Below are positions 10,156 through 20,639 of a stretch of 64,000 bases of DNA, one piece after another. Location of the stretch: contig CBDCZH010000010.1 in assembly GCA_965224485.1 (NCBI GenBank), positions 352,001 to 416,000 of the forward strand, in the 5' to 3' direction. Numbering within the stretch: the stretch's first letter is position 1; each line of letters begins with the position of its first letter. This stretch comes from Arcobacteraceae bacterium (lineage in GTDB: Bacteria; Campylobacterota; Campylobacteria; Campylobacterales; Arcobacteraceae). The notes under the pieces were generated by a model, which saw only the letters and a program-made list of their open reading frames with translations, was not told the DNA's origin and did no database searches. The position numbers and the translations under genes were made by a program.

Positions 10156-11046
10156 TTGTTAGACTATGATATGCCCTTATATAGACCACCAGCAGAAGCT
10201 TATAATGTAATTATTCAAGTTACCTTAGGTTGTAGTTTCAATAAATGCGCTTTTTGCTCTATGTATGAAGATAAAGAGTATAAACAAAGAGATTTTAAAA
10301 AAATATGTGAAGATATTGATACTATGGTTTCTTATTATCCACAAAGTACAAAAGTATTTTTAGCAGATGGTGATGCCTTAAATTTAGAAACATCTTTTTT
10401 AGTGAAAATTCTAGAGTATTTATATAAAAACTTTACAAAACTAAGACGAGTTTCTTCTTATGCCTCTCCTTTTAATTTATTACAAAAAAGTCAAGAAGAA
10501 TTAAATCTCATAAAAGAAAAAGGTCTTGGTTTAATTTATTATGGAATAGAAAGTGGAAATGAAAAGATTTTAAAAGCAATAAATAAACCTATGAAAGCTA
10601 ATAAAATGATTGAAGGTTTAAACAAAGCTAGTCTTGCAGGTATAAAAATATCAGCAACTATAATTTTAGGACTTGCTGGTAAAAACTTTTCAAAAGAACA
10701 TATTACACAAAGTGCCAAACTTATAAATTCCTGTACTCATATAAATTATTTATCAAGTTTACAACTTGGATTAAGTGATAAAAAAGAAGATAAATATTTT
10801 AAAAACTTTGAAAAGACTATAGGAGCGTTTGAGTTTTGTAGTGATAATGAAATGTTAGAAGAGCAACTTCTATTAATATCTTTGTTAAGTCCAAAAAGTA
10901 GAATTATTTTTAGATCAAACCATGCTTCAAACTCTTTACCCTTAAAAGGAACCTTGCCTAAAGATAAAGATAAGTTAATAGAAGTTTTAAAAGTTGCTCT
11001 AAAAGATGAAAGCCTTCTAAGACCCAAAAGTCTTAGAGGTTTTTAA
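10156..11046 (+). CDS. Radical SAM protein
   Basis: CSFNKCAFC (CxxxCxxC), YRPPAEA, FRSNHASN. TTG start with RBS AAGGA. Confidence 0.9.
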   Translation: MLDYDMPLYRPPAEAYNVIIQVTLGCSFNKCAFCSMYEDKEYKQRDFKKICEDIDTMVSYYPQSTKVFLADGDALNLETSFLVKILEYLYKNFTKLRRVSSYASPFNLLQKSQEELNLIKEKGLGLIYYGIESGNEKILKAINKPMKANKMIEGLNKASLAGIKISATIILGLAGKNFSKEHITQSAKLINSCTHINYLSSLQLGLSDKKEDKYFKNFEKTIGAFEFCSDNEMLEEQLLLISLLSPKSRIIFRSNHASNSLPLKGTLPKDKDKLIEVLKVALKDESLLRPKSLRGF

Positions 11047-11073
11047 GAGTTTTTGTTTTTATAAAAAAAGTAC

Positions 11074-11865
11074 TTAGTTAAGATTTAACTCCAAAACAAT
11101 AGGGCAGTGGTCACTTCCTAATACATCTTTTAGAATATAAGCATCTTTAATACAATGCTTTAAATCTTCACTAACGTAAAAATAATCAATTCTCCAGCCA
11201 ACATTGTTAGCTCTTGCATTAGCTCTATAAGACCACCATGAATAATGCTCTTTTTCATCGCCTTTAATATGTCTAAAAGTATCAACATAACCACAAGCTA
11301 AGAATTTATCCATCCACTCTCTCTCCATTGGCAAAAATCCAGATATTTTTTCATTTGCTTTAGGACGTGCTAAATCAATCTCTTTATGAGCAGTATTAAC
11401 ATCACCACAAACAATAATTGATTTACCTTCTTTTTTAAGATTTTCACAATGTTCTAAAAATCTATCATAAAATTCCATTTTGTAAACTAATCTATCTTCT
11501 TTACTTTGACCATTTGGAAAATAAACATTAAAAAAAGCTATTTCTTTACCTTCAAGTGTAAAATGAACTTCATTTATTCTTCCCTCATCTAAAACATCAA
11601 CTGTATCACAAGTATCAGCTTTAAAAAGTTTAATATCTGTATATAAAGCAGTTCCAGATCTACCTTTTATTGCTGATTGGCTTACAACAATATTTTCATA
11701 AACTCTTTCAAAAATAGTTGTAGGAATTTGTTCTGCTTGTGCTTTTGTTTCTTGAATACCTAAAATATCAATATCTGCCTCATCTACCCATTTTAAAGCT
11801 TCTTTTTTATCAACTGCTCTAATTCCGTTAACATTCCATGATACAAATTTATATGTTTTGTTCAT
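11074..11865 (-). CDS. xth: Exodeoxyribonuclease III / AP endonuclease
   Basis: SWNVNGIRA, QETK, GDVNTAH, GWRIDY, GSDHCP. Confidence 0.95.
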   Translation of the reverse strand: MNKTYKFVSWNVNGIRAVDKKEALKWVDEADIDILGIQETKAQAEQIPTTIFERVYENIVVSQSAIKGRSGTALYTDIKLFKADTCDTVDVLDEGRINEVHFTLEGKEIAFFNVYFPNGQSKEDRLVYKMEFYDRFLEHCENLKKEGKSIIVCGDVNTAHKEIDLARPKANEKISGFLPMEREWMDKFLACGYVDTFRHIKGDEKEHYSWWSYRANARANNVGWRIDYFYVSEDLKHCIKDAYILKDVLGSDHCPIVLELNLN

Positions 11866-12092
11866 TACTTTTTATCCTTATTGAATTTTTCTATTTTTTC
11901 TATTTTATCAATTTTAATTCTATTTGATTTGATTGTCTTTTTTTCTTTTTTTAATGTTAAACCCAACATATCTGAAAAAGAACTTTTTTTACTTATTAAA
12001 GGATCTTTCTTTCCTCCATGAGTAGCAATAAAAACTTTTTCATAAGCAAAAGATTGTGAAATTAAAAAAAATGATAGTATTAATATTTTCAT
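11865..12092 (-). CDS. Hypothetical exported protein
   Basis: Signal-peptide-like N-terminus; overlaps both neighbours. Confidence 0.55.
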   Translation of the reverse strand: MKILILSFFLISQSFAYEKVFIATHGGKKDPLISKKSSFSDMLGLTLKKEKKTIKSNRIKIDKIEKIEKFNKDKK

Positions 12093-12334
12093 GTTTTTCT
12101 CTCTTTTTTATTTTTATACATTGCATATAAGGTAATTATTATCCAAAAAACTTCAATAATAAAAGAACCTAAGTTAAAATGTACACATAATGAAATAAGT
12201 AATAGTATAGCACCAAAAAGGTTTAATAATTGATAGTATAAAGAACTTAAATTTGTTTTTTTAGTTTGAAGTAAAAAATAGCTATAAACAATAAAAGCCA
12301 TTCCTATAAAACCAATAAATTGGTATATGTCCAC
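12089..12334 (-). CDS. Small membrane protein (CBU_0592-like)
   Basis: Three TM helices; YQLLNLFGAILL and FNLGSFIIEVFW pattern. Confidence 0.75.
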   Translation of the reverse strand: MDIYQFIGFIGMAFIVYSYFLLQTKKTNLSSLYYQLLNLFGAILLLISLCVHFNLGSFIIEVFWIIITLYAMYKNKKERKT

Positions 12335-12342
12335 GTTACATC

Positions 12343-13008
12343 CTAGTGTGAGTTTATAATATCTTTTTTAATCGCCCTTAAAATATCTTTGCTTTTAGCT
12401 CTTTTTGTATAATCTTCTTCAACAAAAGAAAAAATTATTTCATAATTTTTGTTAATTATAAAAATAGCAGGAAAAGGAAGTTCAAAAGTATTACTTTTAT
12501 TCAATTGTAGTAAATCTATGCCAAAAGATTCATAAATATTTTTTAATTTATCACTAAGTGTAAAAACTATTCCAAAGTTATTTGCAATAGTACTATTTTT
12601 ATCACTCAAAACTTCAAATGTAAGTCTGTTTTGATTTTTTGTAATAAGTGAATAAAAAGGACTTTGTGGTGAAAGAGCAAGTATTTTGCAGTTTAAAATT
12701 TTAAGTTCTTTTTTGATTTTTTCTAAATCTTGTAACTCTTTATTACAATAAGGACACCAAACACCTCTAAAAAAGTTTAAAAGTGTATATTTGTTTTTAT
12801 CAATAATATCTTTAATATGAATTATTTTGGAATTTGCGTTAAGTAAAGAGAAATCAATTATTTTATCTTTTTGTTTTAAGGCCAAATTTTTAAGATTTTT
12901 TTCTTCAAGCTTTTGATTTTCTAAAGATACTATTTTTTGTATTTTTTCATCTGTTATTTTTACCTGTTTTATTTCATAATTTGAAATATCTTCTTCTGAG
13001 TTTTTCAT
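12343..13008 (-). CDS. Peroxiredoxin-like AhpC/TSA family protein
   Basis: FFRGVWCPYCN, LSD, LPFPAIFII. Confidence 0.85.
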   Translation of the reverse strand: MKNSEEDISNYEIKQVKITDEKIQKIVSLENQKLEEKNLKNLALKQKDKIIDFSLLNANSKIIHIKDIIDKNKYTLLNFFRGVWCPYCNKELQDLEKIKKELKILNCKILALSPQSPFYSLITKNQNRLTFEVLSDKNSTIANNFGIVFTLSDKLKNIYESFGIDLLQLNKSNTFELPFPAIFIINKNYEIIFSFVEEDYTKRAKSKDILRAIKKDIINSH

Positions 13009-13165
13009 TTTTTATCCTTTTGAATAACAGTTACTTATAATTTAACAGATATTAAAGTTAATATTCCTTATGATTTATTATAATTAGTAATAATTAAAGA
13101 TACTTTAAAAATTAACTGTAGATTTAAGAAGAATTTACTATGATTGATAAAAAATTAGGAGTGTT

Positions 13166-13882
13166 ATGGAAGAAATAATTATTTTAGGTCTTATTACATT
13201 TTTCACTTCAAGTGTAGCTGGAATTGTTGGTTTAGGAGGAGGAATGATGTTAATTGCAATCTTACCCTCATTCTTGCCACTAAGCGCTTTAATTCCTGTG
13301 CATGGTTTAACGCAAATGTCAAGTAATATTTCACGAGCTTTTTTTGGCTTTAAAGATATACAAAAAGAAGTTATTCCAAAATTCTTATTAGGCTCTTTTT
13401 TAGGAATTGCTGTTTTCGCTTCTATAATATTTTACATTTCTTTAGAATATGTGCCTTTATTTATAGGTATTTATATTCTTTTATCTTTATGGTCTAAAAA
13501 ATTCAATGAAAAAATAAAACATTATGAAAGTTACTTTTTAGCTGGATTTTTTCAAACAGGTTTTTCTATAATTGTAGGAGCAACTGGACCTTTAACCATG
13601 ACCTTATTATTAAAAGATTATAAAGACAAGAATAAAGTAGTTGCAACAGGTGCTGCCTTAATGAGTATAACTCATATTTTAAAAGTATTTGTTTTTATCT
13701 TTTTTGGTTTTGTATTTTTTGATTATATTGGTATTTTAAGCTCTATGATAATAGGGGCTGTTGCTGGATCTTATGTGGGAACTAAATATAGACATAAAAT
13801 AGATGGTAAAAAGTTCTTATTTACCTTAAAACTACTTCTTTCAGCTCTTGCTGTTAAATTAATATTAGGTCTTTTATTCTAA
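13166..13882 (+). CDS. TSUP (TauE/SafE) family permease
   Basis: GIVGLGGG, GATGP, about 8 TM helices. Confidence 0.85.
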   Translation: MEEIIILGLITFFTSSVAGIVGLGGGMMLIAILPSFLPLSALIPVHGLTQMSSNISRAFFGFKDIQKEVIPKFLLGSFLGIAVFASIIFYISLEYVPLFIGIYILLSLWSKKFNEKIKHYESYFLAGFFQTGFSIIVGATGPLTMTLLLKDYKDKNKVVATGAALMSITHILKVFVFIFFGFVFFDYIGILSSMIIGAVAGSYVGTKYRHKIDGKKFLFTLKLLLSALAVKLILGLLF

Positions 13883-15057
13883 TGCAAAATATATTTAAAT
13901 CAAAAATTGCTTTATTATATGTAATGAATATATCTATGTTATTCTCTTTTTCAGCATGGATGAGTATGCTAAATAATTTTGTAATTGAAGTTGCTTCTTT
14001 TGATGGAAGCCAAATTGGAGTTTTACAAAGTTTAAGAGAAATACCTGGTTTCTTAGCTTTTACTATTGTCTTTCTTCTTTTATTTATAGCCCAACAAAGA
14101 TTAGCGTATATTTCAATGATGGTTTTAGGTTTTGGAACACTTTTAACAGGATTTTATCCTAGTGTTTTGGGACTTTACATTACAACAGTTCTTATGTCAA
14201 CAGGTTTTCATTATTTAGAAACATTAAACCAATCTTTATCTTTGCAGTGGCTAAAAAAAGAAGAAGCTCCTTTGATTTTAGGAAAAATATCTGCTGTTAA
14301 ATCTTTTGTAGGTCTTATTGTTTTTGTCTTAATTTATATAATGATGAAATTCTATTCCTTAGAGTATAAATACGTATATATGTTTTTTGGAAGTATTACT
14401 TTTATTTTGGGTTTGTTATCTTGGTTTCTATTTAAACACTTTGAAGATGATATTATTCACGAAAAAAGTTTAAAGTTAAAAAAACAGTACTGGTTATTTT
14501 ATGTATTAACTTTTTTTGCAGGAGCAAGAAGACAAATTTTTGTAGTATTTGCAGGATTTTTATTAGTTGAAAAGTTTGGAGTTGATGTTCATAATATGCT
14601 TATATTACTTTTTATAAACTCACTATTTAATATGTATTTTGCACCAAGGGTTGGAAAATTTATAATTAAGTATTCAGAAAGACTTACGTTAAGATTAGAG
14701 TATATTGGACTTATTTTAGTTTTTATCTCTTATGCTTTTGTGGAAAATCTTTATTTGGCTTATTTACTGTTTTTGATTGATCATCTGTTATTTTCAATGA
14801 GTATTGCTTTAAAAACGTATTTCCAAAAAATAGCCAATCCTAAAGACATAGCTAGTGCTTCAGCTATTTCTTTTACTATAAATCATATAGCTGCAATATT
14901 TTTACCTATTTTACTGGGTCTTGTATGGCTTTATTCTTATTCTTTGGTTTTTGTAATAGGTTCTTTTATTGCAATTTTTTCTCTTGGTTTATCTTTTTTA
15001 ATTCCAAAAAACCCAAAAGAAGGACATGAAACTCTATTATTTAAAAGTTTCAAATAA
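13882..15057 (+). CDS. MFS transporter
   Basis: About 12 TM; QSLREIPGFLAF, GARRQIF, FTINHIAA. Confidence 0.85.
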   Translation: MQNIFKSKIALLYVMNISMLFSFSAWMSMLNNFVIEVASFDGSQIGVLQSLREIPGFLAFTIVFLLLFIAQQRLAYISMMVLGFGTLLTGFYPSVLGLYITTVLMSTGFHYLETLNQSLSLQWLKKEEAPLILGKISAVKSFVGLIVFVLIYIMMKFYSLEYKYVYMFFGSITFILGLLSWFLFKHFEDDIIHEKSLKLKKQYWLFYVLTFFAGARRQIFVVFAGFLLVEKFGVDVHNMLILLFINSLFNMYFAPRVGKFIIKYSERLTLRLEYIGLILVFISYAFVENLYLAYLLFLIDHLLFSMSIALKTYFQKIANPKDIASASAISFTINHIAAIFLPILLGLVWLYSYSLVFVIGSFIAIFSLGLSFLIPKNPKEGHETLLFKSFK

Positions 15058-15964
15058 AATATTGTAAAACAATAATAATTACAAAAATAGATAAAAGTGT
15101 TTGAACACTTATAATAGAAGACATAAGTTTCACATCACCTTTTAATTGCCTTGCAAAAATAAAAGATGAAGGTGCAGTTGGAAGAGTTGCGAAAATAATT
15201 AAAATTGAAGTCATTACTTCATTTAAGTTAAAAAAACTTGCAAAGATATACATAAGTAAAGGACTTAAAAAAAGTTTAGCAAAACTTGAAGTAAATATTT
15301 CGCTCCTAGAATTTTTCATATCTTTTAAAACTAAAGCAAAACCAACAGATAACAGTCCCATAGGAAGTGCTGCTTGGCTTAGTATTGCAAGGATTTTTTC
15401 TATAACTAAAGGAAGTTCTAGAGCAAAAAAGTTAAGACTTCCTCCAAAAAAACAAGCTAAAATCAAAGGGTTTGTCAGAATTGATTTAAGTAAGTATATA
15501 AAGTTTATTTTATTTTCACTTAAATATAAAGCAAAAATAGATATGCAAATTATATTTATTAATGGAATTATAAAGGTTATTAAAATAGCAGCTAAAATCA
15601 GACCATCATTTCCAAAAATTGAAGAACATAGGGCTAAAAAAACATAAGTATTGAATCTAATTCCTCCTTGAACGACAGAGGTAAAAGATGCATCTTTAAA
15701 ATGTAAAAACTTATTTGTCAAGATTAAAATTAATAAAATTGTAAAAATACAAAGAATGGCTGTTAAAACAAAGTTAAAACTATTAGCAGCTTCTATATTT
15801 GCACTTGATAGTTTATACACTAATAAGGAGGGCATTAAAATATAATATGTTAACTTATCAGCCATTGGCCAAAAATCTAAAGATGGAAACTTAATCTTTT
15901 TAAAAAAATAACCAATAATTATAAGAGAAAAAACTGGAATAAGTGCTGTTATTATATGAATCAT
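15050..15964 (-). CDS. AEC (auxin efflux carrier / malonate-type) family transporter
   Basis: YYILMPSLL, RFNTY, NPLI, LPMGLLSVG, LPTA. Confidence 0.85.
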   Translation of the reverse strand: MIHIITALIPVFSLIIIGYFFKKIKFPSLDFWPMADKLTYYILMPSLLVYKLSSANIEAANSFNFVLTAILCIFTILLILILTNKFLHFKDASFTSVVQGGIRFNTYVFLALCSSIFGNDGLILAAILITFIIPLINIICISIFALYLSENKINFIYLLKSILTNPLILACFFGGSLNFFALELPLVIEKILAILSQAALPMGLLSVGFALVLKDMKNSRSEIFTSSFAKLFLSPLLMYIFASFFNLNEVMTSILIIFATLPTAPSSFIFARQLKGDVKLMSSIISVQTLLSIFVIIIVLQYFI

Positions 15965-16004
15965 ATGATTCTCTTTATTTTAAATTTTACTAATTTCTTG
16001 TACA

Positions 16005-16026
16005 ATGAAACAATTATGAAACTTTA
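16005..16026 (+). promoter_or_regulatory. 11-bp-period direct repeat, putative OmpR-family operator
   Basis: ATGAAACAATT ATGAAACTTTA, with the same core as the repeats at 19452-19484. Confidence 0.55.
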
Positions 16027-16058
16027 TCTTAGCCAAGCTAAAGTAAAAATAAAATTAT

Positions 16059-18716
16059 ATGGAATTAAAAAGAATGATATTTAATAAAAACAAAAAATAT
16101 AATTTAGATGATATAGAAAGGCTTTTTTCAAGAATACCAGTTGCTTTTATTATGTTATTAGCTTTTTTACTAATTGTAATTTCTTATTTTATTCTTGAAA
16201 TTAAAGCAAATCGTGAAATAGACTTAATTAAGCAAAAATATATTTTAGAATATGAGCTTAGTAAAAAAGAAGATTTATTAAATTTTATTAATGATGTTGA
16301 TATAGAAGTAAATAAAAATTTTTCCATTTTAAAAAATTCACTAAAAGAGTTGACATATAAAACAATTGGTTATATAGAAGCAACTTCTTTAAAAGATTTT
16401 GGGATAATTAGAATATATTTAAATAAAATAGAAAAAGAGACAAAAACTAAACTTGTTATCTTTAGAAAAAAAGATTTAAAAATCTTACATGGACAAAACT
16501 CGATAAATTATATACAAGATTTGATTTTTTCTTCAAAAGTAAATAAAAACAATTTAAATATCACACTTAAATATATTTATTCTCAAGGAAAAAATAACTT
16601 ACAATATTGGAGAGATGATTTAAAAAGAACAATAAGATTATCTTTTTTTGATTCTATTAAAATACGTAATGAGGAATATTTTGTAGGCTCTTTTTCAAAT
16701 ATTAACTTAATTAAAGACCTTACAAAAGATTCTATTATAAAGTTAATAAATAGTAAAAAATCTAGTTTTTGGTTTTATGATTTGATTTTACAAGATGTTT
16801 ATAATTTTAACAATACAAATACTTTTATAAGTCCTGTTCATTTATTTAGAGATAAAAAAAATAAAGCAAATTCAAGTTATGATAAATCATATAAAATTTT
16901 AGAACACTATTTTGCTGATTATTCATATTTAGATGATTTCAAAAGTCATACTTATTTATATCGTAAATACAATTTTTTACTTGCTTCTTCTTATGATGAA
17001 AATATTGGAAAAAATGAGATAAAAAGTTTAGTTTATAAAATCAAAAAATTATATAGAAATATATTTTTACAGCTTTGTATTTATATTCTTGTTATAAGTG
17101 CAATTTTAATTCTATCTAGTTTTATTTTTTCAAATTTTATAAAAAAAGTTTTTAATGAATATAATTTTAAATTACAAAAAAAGACTAAATCTTTAGAGCA
17201 TTGGAAAAAAAGATTTGAATTAGCCATTATCGCTTCAAACGATGGTTTATGGGATATAAACTTTAAAAAAGAGAAAATATATTTTTCAGATAAATGGCTT
17301 AATATGTTTGCTTATGAAAAAGATGAAATCAAAGACTTAGATTCCTGGTTTGATTTAATTCATAATGAAGATAGAAAAGAAGTAGAAAAACTTTTCGATA
17401 AAATTTTTTCAAGAAAAGAAGATACTATTATTTGTGAATATAGATTAAAAACAAAAAATGAGGGTTTTAAGTGGGTACTTGCTCGTGGAAAAGCTTTTTA
17501 TGATGAAGATAATAAATTAGAGCGAATGTTAATGATGTCTATGGATATAGATAAAAGTAAAAGAATGAAAAAAGAGTTATTAGATATTGAGCTTTTAGTT
17601 GAAGATGGAAAGATTGTAATTTTTAAGCTTTTTAATGATGAAAAACTTTCTGTTAAATATATCTCAAATAGTATAAAAACATTTGGCTTTACTAAAAAAA
17701 CTTTTGAAAATGCTAGTCTTGATTTTATAAATCTTATTTATAAAGATGATATAAATATAGTAAAACTTGCTATTAAAAATGCTTTAAAAGATGACTTGCC
17801 TTATTTTACCTTTGTTTGTCGTGCTTTAAATTCTAATCTAGAGTTAAGATGGATCTCTTGTAGAATAATTCTAATTAAGAATCACTCAGGAGATGTTAGT
17901 TATTTTTATGGTTATATAAATGACATAACTAAAATCAAAGTATCACAAGAAGAGTTAAAACTAAAAGTTAAAAAAGAGCTTGATAAGAATAGGAATAAGG
18001 ATAAACTTCTAATTCAACAAAGTAAACTAGCAGCGATGGGAGAGATGATAGGTGCAATTGCTCATCAATGGAGACAACCTTTAAATAATGTATCTTTGAT
18101 ATTCCAATTCTTAAGAGATAATTATGAAAATACAAAAATCAAAAAAGAACTTCTTTTAAAATATTTTACAAAAGCAAATACTCAAATAAATTATATGTCT
18201 GATACTATTGATGATTTTAGAAATTTTTATAAACCATCTAAGAGCATGGAAAAATTTGATATAAAAACTGCTTTTGAATCTACTTTAGAATTAATATCAG
18301 CTCAGTTAAAAGATGAGAATATTTGCTTAAATATAAATGTACAAAGTTTAATTTTTAAATCATATGAAAATGAGTTAAAACAATCTTTATTAAATATCTT
18401 AAATAATGCGAAAGATGCAATATTAAGTAAAAAAAGTACAGAAGAATTTGAGGCATATATTAATATTGATGTAAAAAGAGAAAAAAACAATCTTACAATA
18501 TCACTTAGCAATAATGGTGGAATAATCCAGAATGATATTATAAATAGAGTTTTTGAACCATATTTTACAACAAAGTTTGAAACACAAGGAACAGGTATTG
18601 GTTTATATATGACAAAAATTATAATAGAAACAAATATGCATGGAAAAATTGAGGTGAAGAATATCAAAGATGGTGTTTGCTTTGATATTATTTTACCCTT
18701 AGAAGTAGGAGAATAA
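16059..18716 (+). CDS. Membrane sensor histidine kinase with a periplasmic domain and two PAS domains
   Basis: Two TM; SNDGLWD...WVLARG PAS; AHQWRQPL; GTGIGL. Confidence 0.92.
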   Translation: MELKRMIFNKNKKYNLDDIERLFSRIPVAFIMLLAFLLIVISYFILEIKANREIDLIKQKYILEYELSKKEDLLNFINDVDIEVNKNFSILKNSLKELTYKTIGYIEATSLKDFGIIRIYLNKIEKETKTKLVIFRKKDLKILHGQNSINYIQDLIFSSKVNKNNLNITLKYIYSQGKNNLQYWRDDLKRTIRLSFFDSIKIRNEEYFVGSFSNINLIKDLTKDSIIKLINSKKSSFWFYDLILQDVYNFNNTNTFISPVHLFRDKKNKANSSYDKSYKILEHYFADYSYLDDFKSHTYLYRKYNFLLASSYDENIGKNEIKSLVYKIKKLYRNIFLQLCIYILVISAILILSSFIFSNFIKKVFNEYNFKLQKKTKSLEHWKKRFELAIIASNDGLWDINFKKEKIYFSDKWLNMFAYEKDEIKDLDSWFDLIHNEDRKEVEKLFDKIFSRKEDTIICEYRLKTKNEGFKWVLARGKAFYDEDNKLERMLMMSMDIDKSKRMKKELLDIELLVEDGKIVIFKLFNDEKLSVKYISNSIKTFGFTKKTFENASLDFINLIYKDDINIVKLAIKNALKDDLPYFTFVCRALNSNLELRWISCRIILIKNHSGDVSYFYGYINDITKIKVSQEELKLKVKKELDKNRNKDKLLIQQSKLAAMGEMIGAIAHQWRQPLNNVSLIFQFLRDNYENTKIKKELLLKYFTKANTQINYMSDTIDDFRNFYKPSKSMEKFDIKTAFESTLELISAQLKDENICLNINVQSLIFKSYENELKQSLLNILNNAKDAILSKKSTEEFEAYINIDVKREKNNLTISLSNNGGIIQNDIINRVFEPYFTTKFETQGTGIGLYMTKIIIETNMHGKIEVKNIKDGVCFDIILPLEVGE

Positions 18717-19415
18717 ATGAGTATAAAAACTAGAGTTTTATTAGTTGAGGATGAAGAAGATGCAAGAGAAATATTATCTTTTTATTTAGATACTATTTTT
18801 GATGAAGTAGAAGTTGCAAAAGATGGAGAAGAAGGAGTATCTAAATATCTTCATAATTATGAACATGATAAAACTTTTGATTTGGTTCTAAGTGATATTA
18901 AAATGCCAAACTTAAATGGTTTAGAAATGATTGAACAAATTACTTCTATAAATGAAGATCAAAAGTTCATAATAGTATCAGCATATAAAGATGAAGAGTA
19001 TTTGTTTAAATCAATCTCTTTAAATGTTCTTTCCTATTTTGTAAAACCCTTAGAAGTTAATAATATTATGCAAATATTAAAAAAAGTAAAAAAAAGAGTT
19101 TTAGAAGATAAAAAAGAGATTTTTAAAGAAACCGTAATTAATTTAAATGAAATATATACATATGATATGAACTCTTCTTTATTATATGAAAATAAGAAAG
19201 TAATTGATTTATCAAAAAAAGAAACACTTTTATTAGAAGCCTTAATAAGCAATATAAAAAGAATAAAAACAAAAGAAGATTTAAAGAAGTTTATTTGGAA
19301 TGATATAAGTACCTCAGATGCAACTTTAAGAACAACTATAAAAAGAGTAAAAGACAAAATAGCCTTAAAAGACTTTATTGTTTCAAAAAAAGGAAAAGGA
19401 TATATTCTAGAATAA
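18717..19415 (+). CDS. OmpR-family response regulator
   Basis: VEDE, DIKMPNLNG, wHTH ending KKGKGY. Confidence 0.92.
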   Translation: MSIKTRVLLVEDEEDAREILSFYLDTIFDEVEVAKDGEEGVSKYLHNYEHDKTFDLVLSDIKMPNLNGLEMIEQITSINEDQKFIIVSAYKDEEYLFKSISLNVLSYFVKPLEVNNIMQILKKVKKRVLEDKKEIFKETVINLNEIYTYDMNSSLLYENKKVIDLSKKETLLLEALISNIKRIKTKEDLKKFIWNDISTSDATLRTTIKRVKDKIALKDFIVSKKGKGYILE

Positions 19416-19451
19416 GCCCTAAATGTGGTGAATATTTAAAGAATTATAAAA

Positions 19452-19496
19452 TTTGAAACAATTTTGAAACTATTTTAAAACAATCTGTGTTATACT
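19452..19496 (+). promoter_or_regulatory. Three 11-bp direct repeats plus extended -10 upstream of the TAXI operon
   Basis: TTTGAAACAAT TTTGAAACTAT TTTAAAACAAT (19452-19484), then TGtTATACT (19488-19496). Confidence 0.7.
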
Positions 19497-19523
19497 TTTA
19501 CATAAGAAATAAAAGGAGAAAAG

Positions 19524-20537
19524 ATGAATGGTTTTAAAAAGTTACTTGTTACTTCTTTAGTAACATCAACAATCTTAGTGGGAAGTGCGTGGGCTGCTAA
19601 AAAAGAGACAAAATATGTTATTGCAACAGCTAGTACTGGTGGAACTTATTATCCAGTTGGTGTAGGAATTGCTACAATTGCTTCATTAAAATTAGCAAAA
19701 AAACATAAATTGACTTTTTCCGCAATTACAAGTGCTGGTTCTGGTGAAAATGTTGATATGTTAGATAAAGGTGAAGTTAATTTTGCTATTTTACAAGGTT
19801 TATTTGGTTCAATGGCTTGGCAGGGTAAAGCTAAGTATGAAGGAAAAGCTAAAAAAAACTTAAGATCTATTTCTATGTTATGGCAAAATGTTGAGCAATT
19901 TACTATTAAAAATGATTTTGCTAAAACTGGTAATATAAATGATTTAAAAAATCTTTATGGGGAGAGATTCTCAATTGGTGGAAGAAGTTCAGGTTCAAGA
20001 GTTTCTGCTGAAACTATATTAAGCTCACTTAAAATTGATTTTTCTAAAATGAATATTCAATACTTAGGATACACTCCAAGTTCAACTGCTCTTCAAGATG
20101 GTAAAATTAAAGGTATGAATACTCCTTCTGGTCCTCCTACTTCTGCTGTAACAAACGCTTTTGCATCAATAGGAAATGATAAAATCAAAGTATTAGATTT
20201 CTCACAAAAAGATTTAGACATGATTAATGCTAACTATCCTGTATGGTCTCCTTTTGTTATTAAAGCTAAAACATACCCAGGTCAGACTAAAGATATTAAT
20301 ACTATTGCTCAACCTAATTTATTAGTTGTAACTAAAGATACACCTGAAGAAACTGTTTATTTATTAACAAAAACTATTTATGAAAATTTAGGTTTTTTAA
20401 ATACTGTTCATAAAGCTACAAAAGCAATGTCTTTGCAAAAAGCTATTGTTGGTCTTCCAATGCCTCTTCATCCTGGAGCTGCAAGATTTTATAAAGAACA
20501 AGGAATAACTATTCCAGCTTCTTTACTTTCAAAATAG
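19524..20537 (+). CDS. TAXI-family TRAP transporter solute-binding protein
   Basis: Signal peptide, ATASTGGTYYPVG, SAGSGEN, SGS, PLHPGAARFY. Confidence 0.93.
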   Translation: MNGFKKLLVTSLVTSTILVGSAWAAKKETKYVIATASTGGTYYPVGVGIATIASLKLAKKHKLTFSAITSAGSGENVDMLDKGEVNFAILQGLFGSMAWQGKAKYEGKAKKNLRSISMLWQNVEQFTIKNDFAKTGNINDLKNLYGERFSIGGRSSGSRVSAETILSSLKIDFSKMNIQYLGYTPSSTALQDGKIKGMNTPSGPPTSAVTNAFASIGNDKIKVLDFSQKDLDMINANYPVWSPFVIKAKTYPGQTKDINTIAQPNLLVVTKDTPEETVYLLTKTIYENLGFLNTVHKATKAMSLQKAIVGLPMPLHPGAARFYKEQGITIPASLLSK

Positions 20538-20567
20538 ATTTTAAAGGAAGTTCTCTTCCTTTAAAAT
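20538..20567 (+). terminator. Intra-operon stem-loop after the TAXI binding-protein gene (terminator or mRNA stabiliser)
   Basis: 13-bp stem ATTTTAAAGGAAG / CTTCCTTTAAAAT with loop TTCT. Confidence 0.7.
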
Positions 20568-20639
20568 TATCTTATTTTTTATTTTTTAATTAAATAAATT
20601 GACTTACTTAATTAAAGCATACACTTCAAGGATACAATA

